Virus record (IMG/VR): IMGVR_UViG_3300022741_000068 | Location: 1 to 36,422 of that record | Source of the DNA: a virus | Taxonomy: Duplodnaviria > Caudoviricetes | Strand: one strand, 5' to 3' | Length of the DNA: 36,422 bases | Shown here: positions 17,282-25,692 of the stretch, in pieces | Layout: every line of letters starts with the position of its first letter | Numbering within the stretch: the first letter of the stretch is position 1 | The notes under the pieces: generated by a model | Databases searched by the model: none | Told to the model about the DNA's origin: nothing | The model's input: only the letters and a program-made list of their open reading frames with translations | Position numbers and translations under genes: made by a program

Positions 17282-17932
17282 TGCATGGTTCTCCTCGTGG
17301 GGGTGGTGGGTCGGGGAAACGGTGGGATCAGCGAAGGCGGCGCGCGGGACGTCCTCGTCCTGGCGCGCGGCTTCGCGGATGGACTCGATCTGCCAGTCGG
17401 GCACGACCTGGTCGGCGGTCTCCTGGCCGAACTTCGCCAGCATCCACTCGCGCATCCGGCGCCAGAGGGAGGCGTTCGTCTCCATGCTCCAGTCGCCGAA
17501 CTCGACGACGCCGTCTTCGGCATCGGCGAACTCGGCCTGCTTGAGGCCCTTCACCGCCGGGGGCTGGGCACCCAGGAAGCCGACGTGACGCAGGTAATAG
17601 ACGCCGGGCACCGGGTTGTTGGGGGCGTCGGGCAGGTAGAAGCTGGCGCTGATCTTCTTGTAGCGGCCGGCGGCCACCAGCTCGGCGAAGTTGGCATCGA
17701 CCTGGTGTGGCTCGGCGGTGAGGCCATCGGCCCCGGCGGCGAGCGAATTCACCCAGCCGTAGGCGGGGGCGTCGTGCTTGGGATGGCCGATGACGATCGG
17801 CGCCTCATGCTTGGCCGGGTCGTAGGCGCGGGCGCTCGCCTCGAGATCAGACTCGGAGAAATCCAGCGTCACGCCAGACATCGCGGTCTGGCGGCCGGGC
17901 TTGAAGATGTGGAGGTGTTTGGTCGTGCTCAT
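16805..17932 (-). CDS. Prohead protease/scaffold (Mu gpI-like)
   Basis: HEAPIVIGHP, AYGWV, YKKISASFY, LRHVGFLGAQPPAVKGL motifs. Confidence 0.9.
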   Translation of the reverse strand: MSTTKHLHIFKPGRQTAMSGVTLDFSESDLEASARAYDPAKHEAPIVIGHPKHDAPAYGWVNSLAAGADGLTAEPHQVDANFAELVAAGRYKKISASFYLPDAPNNPVPGVYYLRHVGFLGAQPPAVKGLKQAEFADAEDGVVEFGDWSMETNASLWRRMREWMLAKFGQETADQVVPDWQIESIREAARQDEDVPRAAFADPTVSPTHHPHEENHAVTPEEKAALEAENAQLKQRLADADAREKASATAKRHGEHLAYAEQLVGDGKLAPKHKDAVVAFLDFADGETALEFGEGDAKQPLAGAFKSFLGDMPKVVEFGETATKGKSGKGGDVNVAEFTEKSTDPDRLNLHVRATELAAEKGIPYEQAARQLISN

Positions 17933-17981
17933 GCCGCCATGGTCGGCGGCAAGGAGGGGGCGGTCTTTTAATCGACTTTAC
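17933..17981 (-). promoter_or_regulatory. Late promoter 3 for the protease/capsid genes
   Basis: GTAAAGTCGATTAA (17968-17981), 23 nt, GACCAT (17939-17944), 6 nt, ATG. Confidence 0.75.
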
Positions 17982-18123
17982 AATTCCGTGCCCCGGCGAA
18001 AAACGCGCGGGAGAAGTAGGCCGGTATGCCGGGCGCCAAGCCTTTATAAAACCTTAGGGCACGTCGATCAGGGCGTCGGACTATCGTTGCTCGTCCCGAG
18101 TGCGATGAATGCTGCCAGCGCGG

Positions 18124-18651
18124 CTAAACGCCTGCTGCTGTTTTGAGGTGTCGCAGGATGGTATCGAGCACCCCTTCGCGTGCCTCGGGCTGTAGGTCGC
18201 CCTCTGTGGTGAGCGGCAGATACGGGCGGGCCGGAATCTCGACCTTCCGGCCGCGCCCCGCCTCGCCACCGAACTGGTGGATAGCGGCATAGACCTTATT
18301 GCTGCCGATCACCGCCTGGGTGCTGTCGTAGTCGGTGGTGACCGAGGCGGCCAGCTGGCCCGTGTGCTGCAGGATGCGGAAGCCGGCGTCCTTTCTACGT
18401 TGAGCTGCGGCGGTCAGCTGGCCATTCTTCTTGTACGCCTTTTTGCCGCCGAGGCGCGCGTGCTGGGTGGCCTCGGCCAGGGGCGTCCATTTCGGGCGGC
18501 CCTCGGCCTCGAAGTTGCGCTCGGTCTCCAGCAGCAGGGCCTGGGCGATCTTGCGCATGGCCGGGGTCAGATCGATGCCCGCGTGCTCTAGCCGCTGCAA
18601 CGCTGCCTGCAGCTGGCTGTCGTCGATGGTGATGCGAACGAAATTGCTCAC
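18124..18651 (-). CDS. Virion morphogenesis protein (Mu gpG-like)
   Basis: ILQHTGQLAAS, GSNKVYAAIHQFGG, IPARPYL motifs. Confidence 0.92.
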   Translation of the reverse strand: MSNFVRITIDDSQLQAALQRLEHAGIDLTPAMRKIAQALLLETERNFEAEGRPKWTPLAEATQHARLGGKKAYKKNGQLTAAAQRRKDAGFRILQHTGQLAASVTTDYDSTQAVIGSNKVYAAIHQFGGEAGRGRKVEIPARPYLPLTTEGDLQPEAREGVLDTILRHLKTAAGV

Positions 18652-19481
18652 TGCAGCTCCCTCCTGGCGAGCTTGGCCAAGTCGCCGGTGTAGCGGGTGA
18701 GGTCTGGCTGCCAGGCGGCGGCGCCGGGGTTGTAGCTCCAGCCCACATCCGGCGCGAAGACGATCTCCCGACGGGTGACCGGGTCAGTCGTGCGGTAGGT
18801 GGCCACCTCGCGCATCTCGCCGGTCTTCTCGGAAACTAGCTTCATCATGCTGCCGAGCTTCCCCGCAGAACTCTCTACCTTGAGGCCGCGCTTGGCGACG
18901 TCGTCAGCCGACAGCGCGATGATCCGGCATCGACAGCCCCAGCCATTGGGCGGGTAGAGGTACTGCCAGATCGGATCGTCGTAGCGGAACACCTTGCCGT
19001 TCATGGCGCGGTGGCTGGGCCGAGTGCGCCCGTCCAGGATAGCGACGTACATCCAGTACGGGCGATCATCGACGTTGGCGAGTTGTTCCTGGAAGCGGCC
19101 GGCCATGTAGGCGGTTTGCAGGTTGGTGCGGTAGATCGTCTGCAGGCGCCAAGGGCTGCCGAGTTGCACCTGATTGATCTCGCCTGTCTCGCCGTTGACG
19201 TGTTCCTGCCTGCCCCACCAGCCCTTGGCCTGGAGCACCGGCGTCAGCTCCTTCGCAAACCATGCAAGGGTCTTGCCTTCGGTGAGTGCCTTTTCCACCG
19301 CCTCACGGATGTCCTGGAGGATGTCCAGGCGTGTGGCCTTGGCCACGGTGAACGCCTGTGTCTGGGCCTCCTGCCACAGCTCTTCCCAGTCCCAGGTGAC
19401 CGCGTAGCCCTTGTTCTTGAGGTACTCGACCGCATTCTTGGGCGGCAGGGTCATGCAGTAGGCGAGATCCACTTTAGGCAT
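18648..19481 (-). CDS. Minor head protein MuF (gp30)
   Basis: RLQTIYRTN, DGRTRPSH, YPPNGWGCRC, WSYNPG motifs; no C-terminal toxin extension. Confidence 0.92.
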   Translation of the reverse strand: MPKVDLAYCMTLPPKNAVEYLKNKGYAVTWDWEELWQEAQTQAFTVAKATRLDILQDIREAVEKALTEGKTLAWFAKELTPVLQAKGWWGRQEHVNGETGEINQVQLGSPWRLQTIYRTNLQTAYMAGRFQEQLANVDDRPYWMYVAILDGRTRPSHRAMNGKVFRYDDPIWQYLYPPNGWGCRCRIIALSADDVAKRGLKVESSAGKLGSMMKLVSEKTGEMREVATYRTTDPVTRREIVFAPDVGWSYNPGAAAWQPDLTRYTGDLAKLARRELQ

Positions 19482-20940
19482 GCAGCCGCCCCCACAGATT
19501 GGCCACGAAGATCATGCGCGCCTGGCGTTCCTGCAGGCCGGCGGCGTCCATCTCCGGGTACAGATCAGCAAGCATGCCGAGCAACTCGTCGGGCTTGGCG
19601 CCCTTGGCGATCCGCTTGAGCAGCGGTGCCAGCAGGGTCTGCGCATCCGCATTCAGGGCGTCGGCCGACAGCGCATCGAGCGCGGCATCAAGGGCGTCCT
19701 GGTCGGGGGCCACGTCGCCCTCGGCGAACTCGGCCGCCGGGGTTGCGGGGCCGGGTGCTTCGTCCAGGTCGCCGTCCTGCAGGCTGTAGGCGCGCTTGAA
19801 GTAAGCCGAGGTCAGCTTGGCGCCGGCCCGCACCAGCTTCTCGTCGCGCTCGGCCAGCACTTTGTCGACTTCCTGCTGCTCCCACATCTCGAACACCGGT
19901 CGGGCGGCGTCGTTGAAGTTCAGCTCGCACACCCAGCGGATCAGCGTGTTGAAGGCTTCCTGGGCGATGGCCTTGTCGCCGTCGCGGATGTCGCGGGTGA
20001 CCTCCAGGCCGGCCTGGGCCGAGGCGCGGTTGGCGGTGGCCTCGGTGGTCTGGTTCTGGCCCAGCAGCGCGATCGACACTTCGGAGCGGCAAAAATGCAG
20101 CAGCCGCTCATAGACCTCCGTGCTACCTGTCTTGCCTGCAGCTTCCTTGATGTCGACGCTGGAGTCGTCGGGGATCACCGCGACGGCGTCCTGCACCATG
20201 TTCTCCAGGCTGTCGAGCAGTTGGTTGGTCTCGCCGTCGGAGGCGCTGCGCGGGTGCTTGCCGATCACCCAGGGGGCGCCGTACTTCTCGGTGAACTGCA
20301 CCCAGAACTTGAGGCCGCCCTTCTTGAAGGTGGTCGGCCAGAAGCACATGGACAGGTCAGCGAAGCCGTAGGGGTTGTCGTAGCTGGCGTCTTGGCGCGG
20401 CACCAGGAACTTGCGCGGCGGCAGCTCCTCGCCCTTGAGCGGGCTTTGCTTGGTGCGCAGGCGCAGCAGGTTGTCCTCGTCGTACACGAACCAGTCGGCC
20501 GGCTTGCCGACGACATCGACCGGCACCAGGTAGCCGCCGACCTTGCCCCACATCACCTCCATCGGCTGATAGCCATAGAGCACGGCGTCCAGCATCTCGG
20601 TGATGATCCGTGACAGGTCCAGGTCGGCGAAGATGGCCTCGATCGACCTGGCCACGCGGCTCTTGGCCTTGTCACGATCCAGCCCCCATTCGAGGGCTTT
20701 CACGGCCGCCTTGCGGCGCCGGATGCAGCCGCCCACGTGGGCGTCGGCGCGTAGCTCTCGATAGACCTTGATGTCCTTCCCGAGCGCCTTGAGCACCGGG
20801 TCTGGGTTGGGCAGGTACATGCCCAACCCGTAGAAGTCGATGCTGCGGCTGCGTGTGGCGATCTGGTCGGACAGCGACTTGCTCGGCTCCCCGAACTGGA
20901 CGAACTCGGTGGGGCTGACCCACATGCCCTTGGCTCTCAT
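19474..20940 (-). CDS. Portal protein (Mu gp29, DUF935)
   Basis: FWVQFTEKYGAP and EVSIALLGQNQTT motifs. Confidence 0.93.
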   Translation of the reverse strand: MRAKGMWVSPTEFVQFGEPSKSLSDQIATRSRSIDFYGLGMYLPNPDPVLKALGKDIKVYRELRADAHVGGCIRRRKAAVKALEWGLDRDKAKSRVARSIEAIFADLDLSRIITEMLDAVLYGYQPMEVMWGKVGGYLVPVDVVGKPADWFVYDEDNLLRLRTKQSPLKGEELPPRKFLVPRQDASYDNPYGFADLSMCFWPTTFKKGGLKFWVQFTEKYGAPWVIGKHPRSASDGETNQLLDSLENMVQDAVAVIPDDSSVDIKEAAGKTGSTEVYERLLHFCRSEVSIALLGQNQTTEATANRASAQAGLEVTRDIRDGDKAIAQEAFNTLIRWVCELNFNDAARPVFEMWEQQEVDKVLAERDEKLVRAGAKLTSAYFKRAYSLQDGDLDEAPGPATPAAEFAEGDVAPDQDALDAALDALSADALNADAQTLLAPLLKRIAKGAKPDELLGMLADLYPEMDAAGLQERQARMIFVANLWGRLHA

Positions 20941-22547
20941 TGATACCCCTGGGTAATTCTGGCGCCGGTGCGGCGGCGGCGGGATTTCACCTTCACCGGG
21001 CCTTTGTTGATCTCGCGGCTGGCGAAGTAGGCAAGGGCCACCGCTACAGCCGCATCACCGTGGCGCTTGCCCTTGTCCTCGCCGGTCGTTCGGGTTTCGG
21101 GGATGCGCGGCACGCCCTTGATGACCTGAATGGCGCGGAGGTCGCCCAGCACGTCAGCGTCGCGCGGCAGGCCATCCAGGGTGCCGTCCTCGAGGGCGGC
21201 CTTGACCGGCGGCATGTGCTCGCGGTACCAGCCCTCGGACAGCATCACCTGCTGGATGCGGCTGGCGCCGTAGCGCTGCATGGCCACCTCGGCCAGGAAC
21301 TGGCCATTGCCTCGCGCATCGAACGCGCCGCCGGTGAAGCGCGGCAGGCGGTCGAGCAGGTAGAAGGCGATCTGCTCCTGCTGCCGGAAGGGCACGTTGC
21401 GCAGTTCGACCAGGAAGGGCACGCGGCGCACCAGGTTCTGCGTCTGGATCAGCGGCACGTGCACGGTCAGGTCGCCGGTGCGGCCAAAGTCCTCACCGTT
21501 GAAGGAGATGGCGTCCGCCGGCAGGGTGGCCAGCAGCGGTGCCAGGTGGGCCTCCAGCCAGTCGCGGCACTCGGCAGTGCGGATGTGGTCGGGCAGCACT
21601 TCGAAGCCTTGCTTGCACTCCCAGCGCAGCACCGGCGTATCGGCCGACATGCGCGATTCGATCAGGACACGCGAGAGCCAAGCACCGCCGCTGTTCTTCG
21701 GGATGCAGCCGTACTCTTCTTCAGCGCTCTCCAGATTCGGCGCGTTCCTGTACAGATCGTCGCGCCACTTCTTCTCCGCTTCCGGCGACCAGGTCTGGCC
21801 GGTGACGTAGCAGATGCGCTTGTAGAGGCCGTCGGCGATGGCATCGTCCAGCGTGATGCGATGAACGCTGTAGTCCTTCTTGCCTGCGCGGGCCTCCTGG
21901 ATGTACTCGTTGAAGAGGTTCTCGACGCCATTGTGTGTGCTGATCAGCCGGACCTTGTTGCCCCACATGGTCAGCGCCAGCGCGGCCTTGAGCAGCTCTT
22001 CCAGGCTTTCGTGGAAGGCGGCTTCGTCGATCACCACGTCGCCCTGCAGGCCGCGCAGGTTGGAGGGGCGGCTGGATAGCGCCTGAATCTTGAATCCGGA
22101 CTTGGGGAACCGGATCATGTACGTGAGGATTTCTTCCTGCTTGCCTTCGTCCCAAAAGGTTTGCTCGTACACGTCAGCCTGCGCCAGTTCGTTGAACGCC
22201 TTGGCGAAGAGCGCGCAGGCGGCGATGTACTCCAGCGCCATCTCTTTCTTGCTGCCCACATAGAAGGTGTTGCAGCCCTGGCGACGGCGTGGCTTGGCCG
22301 CCTTCACCACGTTGCGGCCAGCTTCCGCCCAGGTCAGCCCGGTACGGCGCGACTTTTCCCCGAACATGATCTGGGATTCGTCTTCAAACCAACGCTGCTG
22401 GTAGCCCAGGAACACCGGCTCATCGGCGGGGATGGCTTCCGCTACTTCCTGCGGCACGACGACGCCGGCCAGTTCCATCTCCTCGGCCAGGTCGATCTTC
22501 CGGGGCTGGCCAACCGGCCGGAGGGCGACTTCCTGCTTGGCCATCAC
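20937..22547 (-). CDS. Terminase large subunit (Mu gp28-like)
   Basis: EKSRRTGLTW Walker A, VVIDEAAFH Walker B, ISTHNG, GEDFGR and RHGDAAVA nuclease motifs. Confidence 0.95.
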   Translation of the reverse strand: MMAKQEVALRPVGQPRKIDLAEEMELAGVVVPQEVAEAIPADEPVFLGYQQRWFEDESQIMFGEKSRRTGLTWAEAGRNVVKAAKPRRRQGCNTFYVGSKKEMALEYIAACALFAKAFNELAQADVYEQTFWDEGKQEEILTYMIRFPKSGFKIQALSSRPSNLRGLQGDVVIDEAAFHESLEELLKAALALTMWGNKVRLISTHNGVENLFNEYIQEARAGKKDYSVHRITLDDAIADGLYKRICYVTGQTWSPEAEKKWRDDLYRNAPNLESAEEEYGCIPKNSGGAWLSRVLIESRMSADTPVLRWECKQGFEVLPDHIRTAECRDWLEAHLAPLLATLPADAISFNGEDFGRTGDLTVHVPLIQTQNLVRRVPFLVELRNVPFRQQEQIAFYLLDRLPRFTGGAFDARGNGQFLAEVAMQRYGASRIQQVMLSEGWYREHMPPVKAALEDGTLDGLPRDADVLGDLRAIQVIKGVPRIPETRTTGEDKGKRHGDAAVAVALAYFASREINKGPVKVKSRRRRTGARITQGYQ

Positions 22548-23113
22548 GCTTTCCCAAGCAGGATGCGGCGAATGCGGGATTCCATCTGCTCGCTCATACC
22601 GTCCGCGCCGCGCAGTTCCTGGAGCTTCTCTTCCTGCTCGGCGAGCAGCTTCTCGCGTGCCTCGCGCTCGATGCGCGCCTGCTCTTCCAGGCGGAACTTC
22701 TTCTGATTGACCGATGCGCGTGCCAGGGTGGCGATGTTCTTGGCCGCCGACGACAGCAGGCCGATGCGATCGGCCGGGTCCACGTCTTCGTCACCCGCCT
22801 CCTGCAGGTTGATGATCGACTCGAACAGCTCGGTCTGTACGAGGGCGATGACGGCCTCGGAGCGGGCGTCCTGGTCGTCGGAGGCGCCCTCGGTCAGCAT
22901 GCGGGCCGCCTCGGTGCTGGCCTTGATGGCCGCAAAGCGGCGCTCGATCTTCTGGCCGTAGCGGTGAATCGCACTCTTGCTGATCGAGTAACCGCGTTCG
23001 CGCAGCATCTCCTCCAGCGCCTGGTAACCGCTGAAGTTGTTTTCCTGCAGGGCCTGGCCGAGCCAGCGCCGCACCTCTTCGGGCAGGCCGTCGATGCTGG
23101 AGCGGCGCGGCAT
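22544..23113 (-). CDS. Terminase small subunit (Mu gp27-like, DUF3486)
   Basis: MPRRSSIDGLP..VRRWL and ISKSAIHRYG motifs. Confidence 0.88.
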   Translation of the reverse strand: MPRRSSIDGLPEEVRRWLGQALQENNFSGYQALEEMLRERGYSISKSAIHRYGQKIERRFAAIKASTEAARMLTEGASDDQDARSEAVIALVQTELFESIINLQEAGDEDVDPADRIGLLSSAAKNIATLARASVNQKKFRLEEQARIEREAREKLLAEQEEKLQELRGADGMSEQMESRIRRILLGKA

Positions 23114-23427
23114 CAGCCTTCCGCCCAATACTTGACCGGCCGGGCGATGCCGGGCGCGCAGTCGATCGTGTATTCGGCAATGTCGACGCCGTAGCGAGTC
23201 AGATCGGCGAACCAGGCGCCCGAGGGTGTCTTGTTCAGATCGACCAGCTTGCGGTCGGCCAGGTAGTCCAGCTCGCGCCGGACCTCCAGCGCGGTCGCGT
23301 CCGGGTAGATGGCGCGCATCACGTCCAGCAGGAACTGTTCGCTGCTGGTGTGCGGACGGGCTTTGTCCAGGGTGTTGATGAGGTTCCAGCGCATGGACTC
23401 GCGACGAACCTTTGCGTGATCAACCAT
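23113..23427 (-). CDS. Mu gp26-like winged-helix protein
   Basis: VRRELDYLADRKLV, LTRYGVDIAE, PGIARP motifs. Confidence 0.8.
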   Translation of the reverse strand: MVDHAKVRRESMRWNLINTLDKARPHTSSEQFLLDVMRAIYPDATALEVRRELDYLADRKLVDLNKTPSGAWFADLTRYGVDIAEYTIDCAPGIARPVKYWAEG

Positions 23428-23797
23428 TGTTGGTTCCCTTCATTTGAACCACTTCGAGCTTGTTGTAGAGGGCGTCCAGCTTGGCCTCGATCACGCTCTG
23501 GCCCCGGACGTAATCCTCGCGGCGGACGTACTGCAGAGGCAGTTCGGCCTGGAAGCGAAGGAACTCGCGTTCGATGTTGCGCAGTAGATCGGTCTCGCGT
23601 CGTTCCTCTTCGAGGTGTTGCGTAAAGGTCGCGCGCCAGGTGGCCTGACCTTCCTCTCGGGCCTTCTCGATCGTCTCGAATCGTTCGTTCAGCCGGCGGT
23701 CGATTTGCGATAGCAACAGCCTGCCAGCGGTGAAGAGGAAGCCGAGGAACGCGAGCAGCAGCATGACCAACTGCCAGAAGTCGACTTGTACGGTCAT
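23420..23797 (-). CDS. Membrane-anchored coiled-coil protein (Mu gp25 position)
   Basis: N-terminal TM segment and LPLQYVRREDY motif. Confidence 0.75.
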   Translation of the reverse strand: MTVQVDFWQLVMLLLAFLGFLFTAGRLLLSQIDRRLNERFETIEKAREEGQATWRATFTQHLEEERRETDLLRNIEREFLRFQAELPLQYVRREDYVRGQSVIEAKLDALYNKLEVVQMKGTNNG

Positions 23798-24330
23798 TGG
23801 GCTTGATCTCCGGTATGCCAGGTGATCAGCGCGCTGAGCCGGTCGCGGCAGGTGTCGTACTGGCGCCGGGCGGCGTCGATCCAGTTAGCGACGTCGGTAT
23901 CGCTGGAAGCGGGGGCATCGGCTGCAGCAGCCCCGCCGGCGGGCGCGGGCAAGGTTGGAGCGCTGAGGCTGCCGGGGGATTCGTTGAGCAGCCGCACAGT
24001 GCCAGCGTTGAGGCAAGGGCGGCCGGTAGTAAGGCGCTTGATTTCATATGCATTTTCCTGGGCTTGGGCTTGACGGGTGGTCTCTGCAACGGCGAGGCGC
24101 GCTTGCAGTGCGTCCCCGCGCGCCTGTGCCTCCTGGAGCCGGTCGAGCGCGGCTTGAGTGGCCTGGCGCTCCTTTTGGGCTTGATCGGCCTTAAGCGTCG
24201 CAACGGTTGCTGTACAGCGGTCCTGCTCTTGTTCGCGTCCGGTCTGCCAGCCGGCAAACCCAACGAGCAGCGTCCAGCCGGCAAACAAGAGCACGCCGGT
24301 GCCAACGTCTTTGGTGGGTCCGCTAAGCAT
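23794..24330 (-). CDS. Inner-membrane spanin (Rz-like)
   Basis: N-terminal TM, coiled coil, C-terminal QYDTCRDRLSALITW; lies after the endolysin. Confidence 0.8.
   Translation of the reverse strand: MLSGPTKDVGTGVLLFAGWTLLVGFAGWQTGREQEQDRCTATVATLKADQAQKERQATQAALDRLQEAQARGDALQARLAVAETTRQAQAQENAYEIKRLTTGRPCLNAGTVRLLNESPGSLSAPTLPAPAGGAAAADAPASSDTDVANWIDAARRQYDTCRDRLSALITWHTGDQAQ
23826..24047 (-). CDS. Outer-membrane spanin lipoprotein (Rz1-like), embedded in the Rz-like gene
   Basis: MKSSALLPAALASTLALCG-C lipobox, Pro-rich mature part, SD AGGA 8 nt upstream, alternative frame inside Rz. Confidence 0.78.
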   Translation of the reverse strand: MKSSALLPAALASTLALCGCSTNPPAASALQPCPRPPAGLLQPMPPLPAIPTSLTGSTPPGASTTPAATGSAR

Positions 24331-24484
24331 GACGAGCCCTCCGTTGGTTGCGACACTTGCGTGCTAGGCGCTTGGTACGGACGCCAGTGATGCGGCCCTG
24401 GCGGATCAGCGGTGCCGGCACGTAGCCGAGCGGGAAGGAGAAGCGCGGGACGAAGTCCAGCAACGAGAGCAGGTAGCGGATCAT
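24323..24484 (-). CDS. Small basic protein between endolysin and spanin
   Basis: MIRYLLSLLDF...RKCRNQRRARHA; ATGA overlap with the endolysin stop. Confidence 0.55.
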   Translation of the reverse strand: MIRYLLSLLDFVPRFSFPLGYVPAPLIRQGRITGVRTKRLARKCRNQRRARHA

Positions 24485-25122
24485 GCGCAGCTCCCTGGGC
24501 CCCACCCGGCGGCCACATATCGCGGTTCGAAGGTGTGCAGGATCAGGCGCGGATAGCCCCGGTTTTCCTTGAAGGCGGCCGCGTGGCGCCCGGCGTTGTA
24601 GCGCTCGACCTGGTCGAACCACCGGGTGCGGTCAGCTCCTTGCGAAGCGGCCAGCTTCTGGTCACGCCATACCCAGCCCAGTCCGCCGTTGTAGGCAGCG
24701 AGGGTCATGGCCATTCGATCGCACGCCGAGGTCGCCTTGACGCGTTCCCAGAGGTGGCGGTCGTAGGTCACTAGGGCGCGCAAGCCCCAGCTGGGATTGA
24801 AAGGCTGGCGGGCGGCGAGCGCCGGATAGGCTTCGGCGATCCAGTCGGTGGTGGCCGGCATGAACTGGGCGATACCTTGAGCGCCGACCGGACTGATTGC
24901 ATCCGGGCGCCAGCGGCTTTCCTGATGCACTTGGCCGGCGAACGTGGCCACAGGGGCGTCGAGGCCCCACACGGCACGGGCGTTGCGGGTCAGGTCGGCG
25001 CGGTGCTTCTGTGCGCCTGATGGGATGTTGGCGGCTGTCGCGTTTGGCAGGGAAGATAGGGCACCGAGCGTTAGGCTGATCCATAACGCCCCGGCCGCCG
25101 TCAGCTTGACGGGGCGGTGCAT
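24481..25122 (-). CDS. Endolysin, SLT-family lytic transglycosylase with N-terminal signal/SAR segment
   Basis: HQESRW catalytic Glu, GAQGIAQFMPAT, AAYNGG, ENRGYP motifs. Confidence 0.92.
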   Translation of the reverse strand: MHRPVKLTAAGALWISLTLGALSSLPNATAANIPSGAQKHRADLTRNARAVWGLDAPVATFAGQVHQESRWRPDAISPVGAQGIAQFMPATTDWIAEAYPALAARQPFNPSWGLRALVTYDRHLWERVKATSACDRMAMTLAAYNGGLGWVWRDQKLAASQGADRTRWFDQVERYNAGRHAAAFKENRGYPRLILHTFEPRYVAAGWGPGSCA

Positions 25123-25124
25123 GG

Positions 25125-25469
25125 TCAGAGCCCCAGTGCCACGCCAACCATCACGGCGGCAACGATGATTGCTCGACGTAGCATGGCGGCGCAGAAAGGC
25201 GCGATGTAGCCATCGACCACGCGGAAGTCCGCGTCATATTCCGGCTCTTCGGTGCCATGCCGCCAGTCGCGCTCCAGGTAGCTGTCCGGGCGGGCGTAGG
25301 GGAACAGCGAGCGGTCGAGCCAGTAGGCGACAACGCCCGCCAGGCTAATCAGCGATAGCTTGTAGAGGGCAACAGGAAGTTGCTGGGGGGAAATGAGCGC
25401 GATGGCGAGGATCAGCAGCAGGGCGGTCAAGAGCCACCCGACCATGCGCGGGATACGTTTCAGGGACAT
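25125..25469 (-). CDS. Putative holin (2/3-TM family); an in-frame longer form may start at 25643
   Basis: SPQQLPVALYKLSL, YWLDRSLFPYARP, MLRRAIIV motifs; SD AGGAGG. Confidence 0.85.
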   Translation of the reverse strand: MSLKRIPRMVGWLLTALLLILAIALISPQQLPVALYKLSLISLAGVVAYWLDRSLFPYARPDSYLERDWRHGTEEPEYDADFRVVDGYIAPFCAAMLRRAIIVAAVMVGVALGL

Positions 25470-25643
25470 GCTTCCTCCTACGGGTTGAAAGTCGGAACAG
25501 CGCCGACCGAACCCGCGAGAAAGCACACACCCCGCCCCGACCATCGTCACGAAGGCGTGACGGCAGCCGAGGCATGCAAGGCCATCCAGCCTAAGAAGGC
25601 GGCGGGCCCAGCGAGGAAGGTACTGACGGATCGAGAAGCGCAT

Positions 25644-25692
25644 GCCGCCATCTTCGGGCGGCATGCGAATGGGGTCTTTTAATCTGGTTTAG
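25644..25692 (-). promoter_or_regulatory. Late promoter 4 for the lysis/packaging genes
   Basis: CTAAACCAGATTAA (25679-25692), 23 nt, GAAGAT (25650-25655), 6 nt, ATG. Confidence 0.72.

Noticed and set aside
18036-18060. AT-rich CCTTTATAAAACCTTAGGG patch between gpG and the protease gene
   Set aside because: Could be a gyrase or IHF-type site given its near-central position, but no consensus I can support from sequence alone.
18648-19481. MuF as a polymorphic toxin carrier
   Set aside because: Protein ends shortly after the MuF domain; no toxin extension or immunity gene.
12537-22079. Long + strand ORFs (615, 554, 421, 377 and 379 aa) opposite structural genes
   Set aside because: Shadow frames caused by high-GC codon bias; no motifs and no RBS, and the - strand genes are clearly real.
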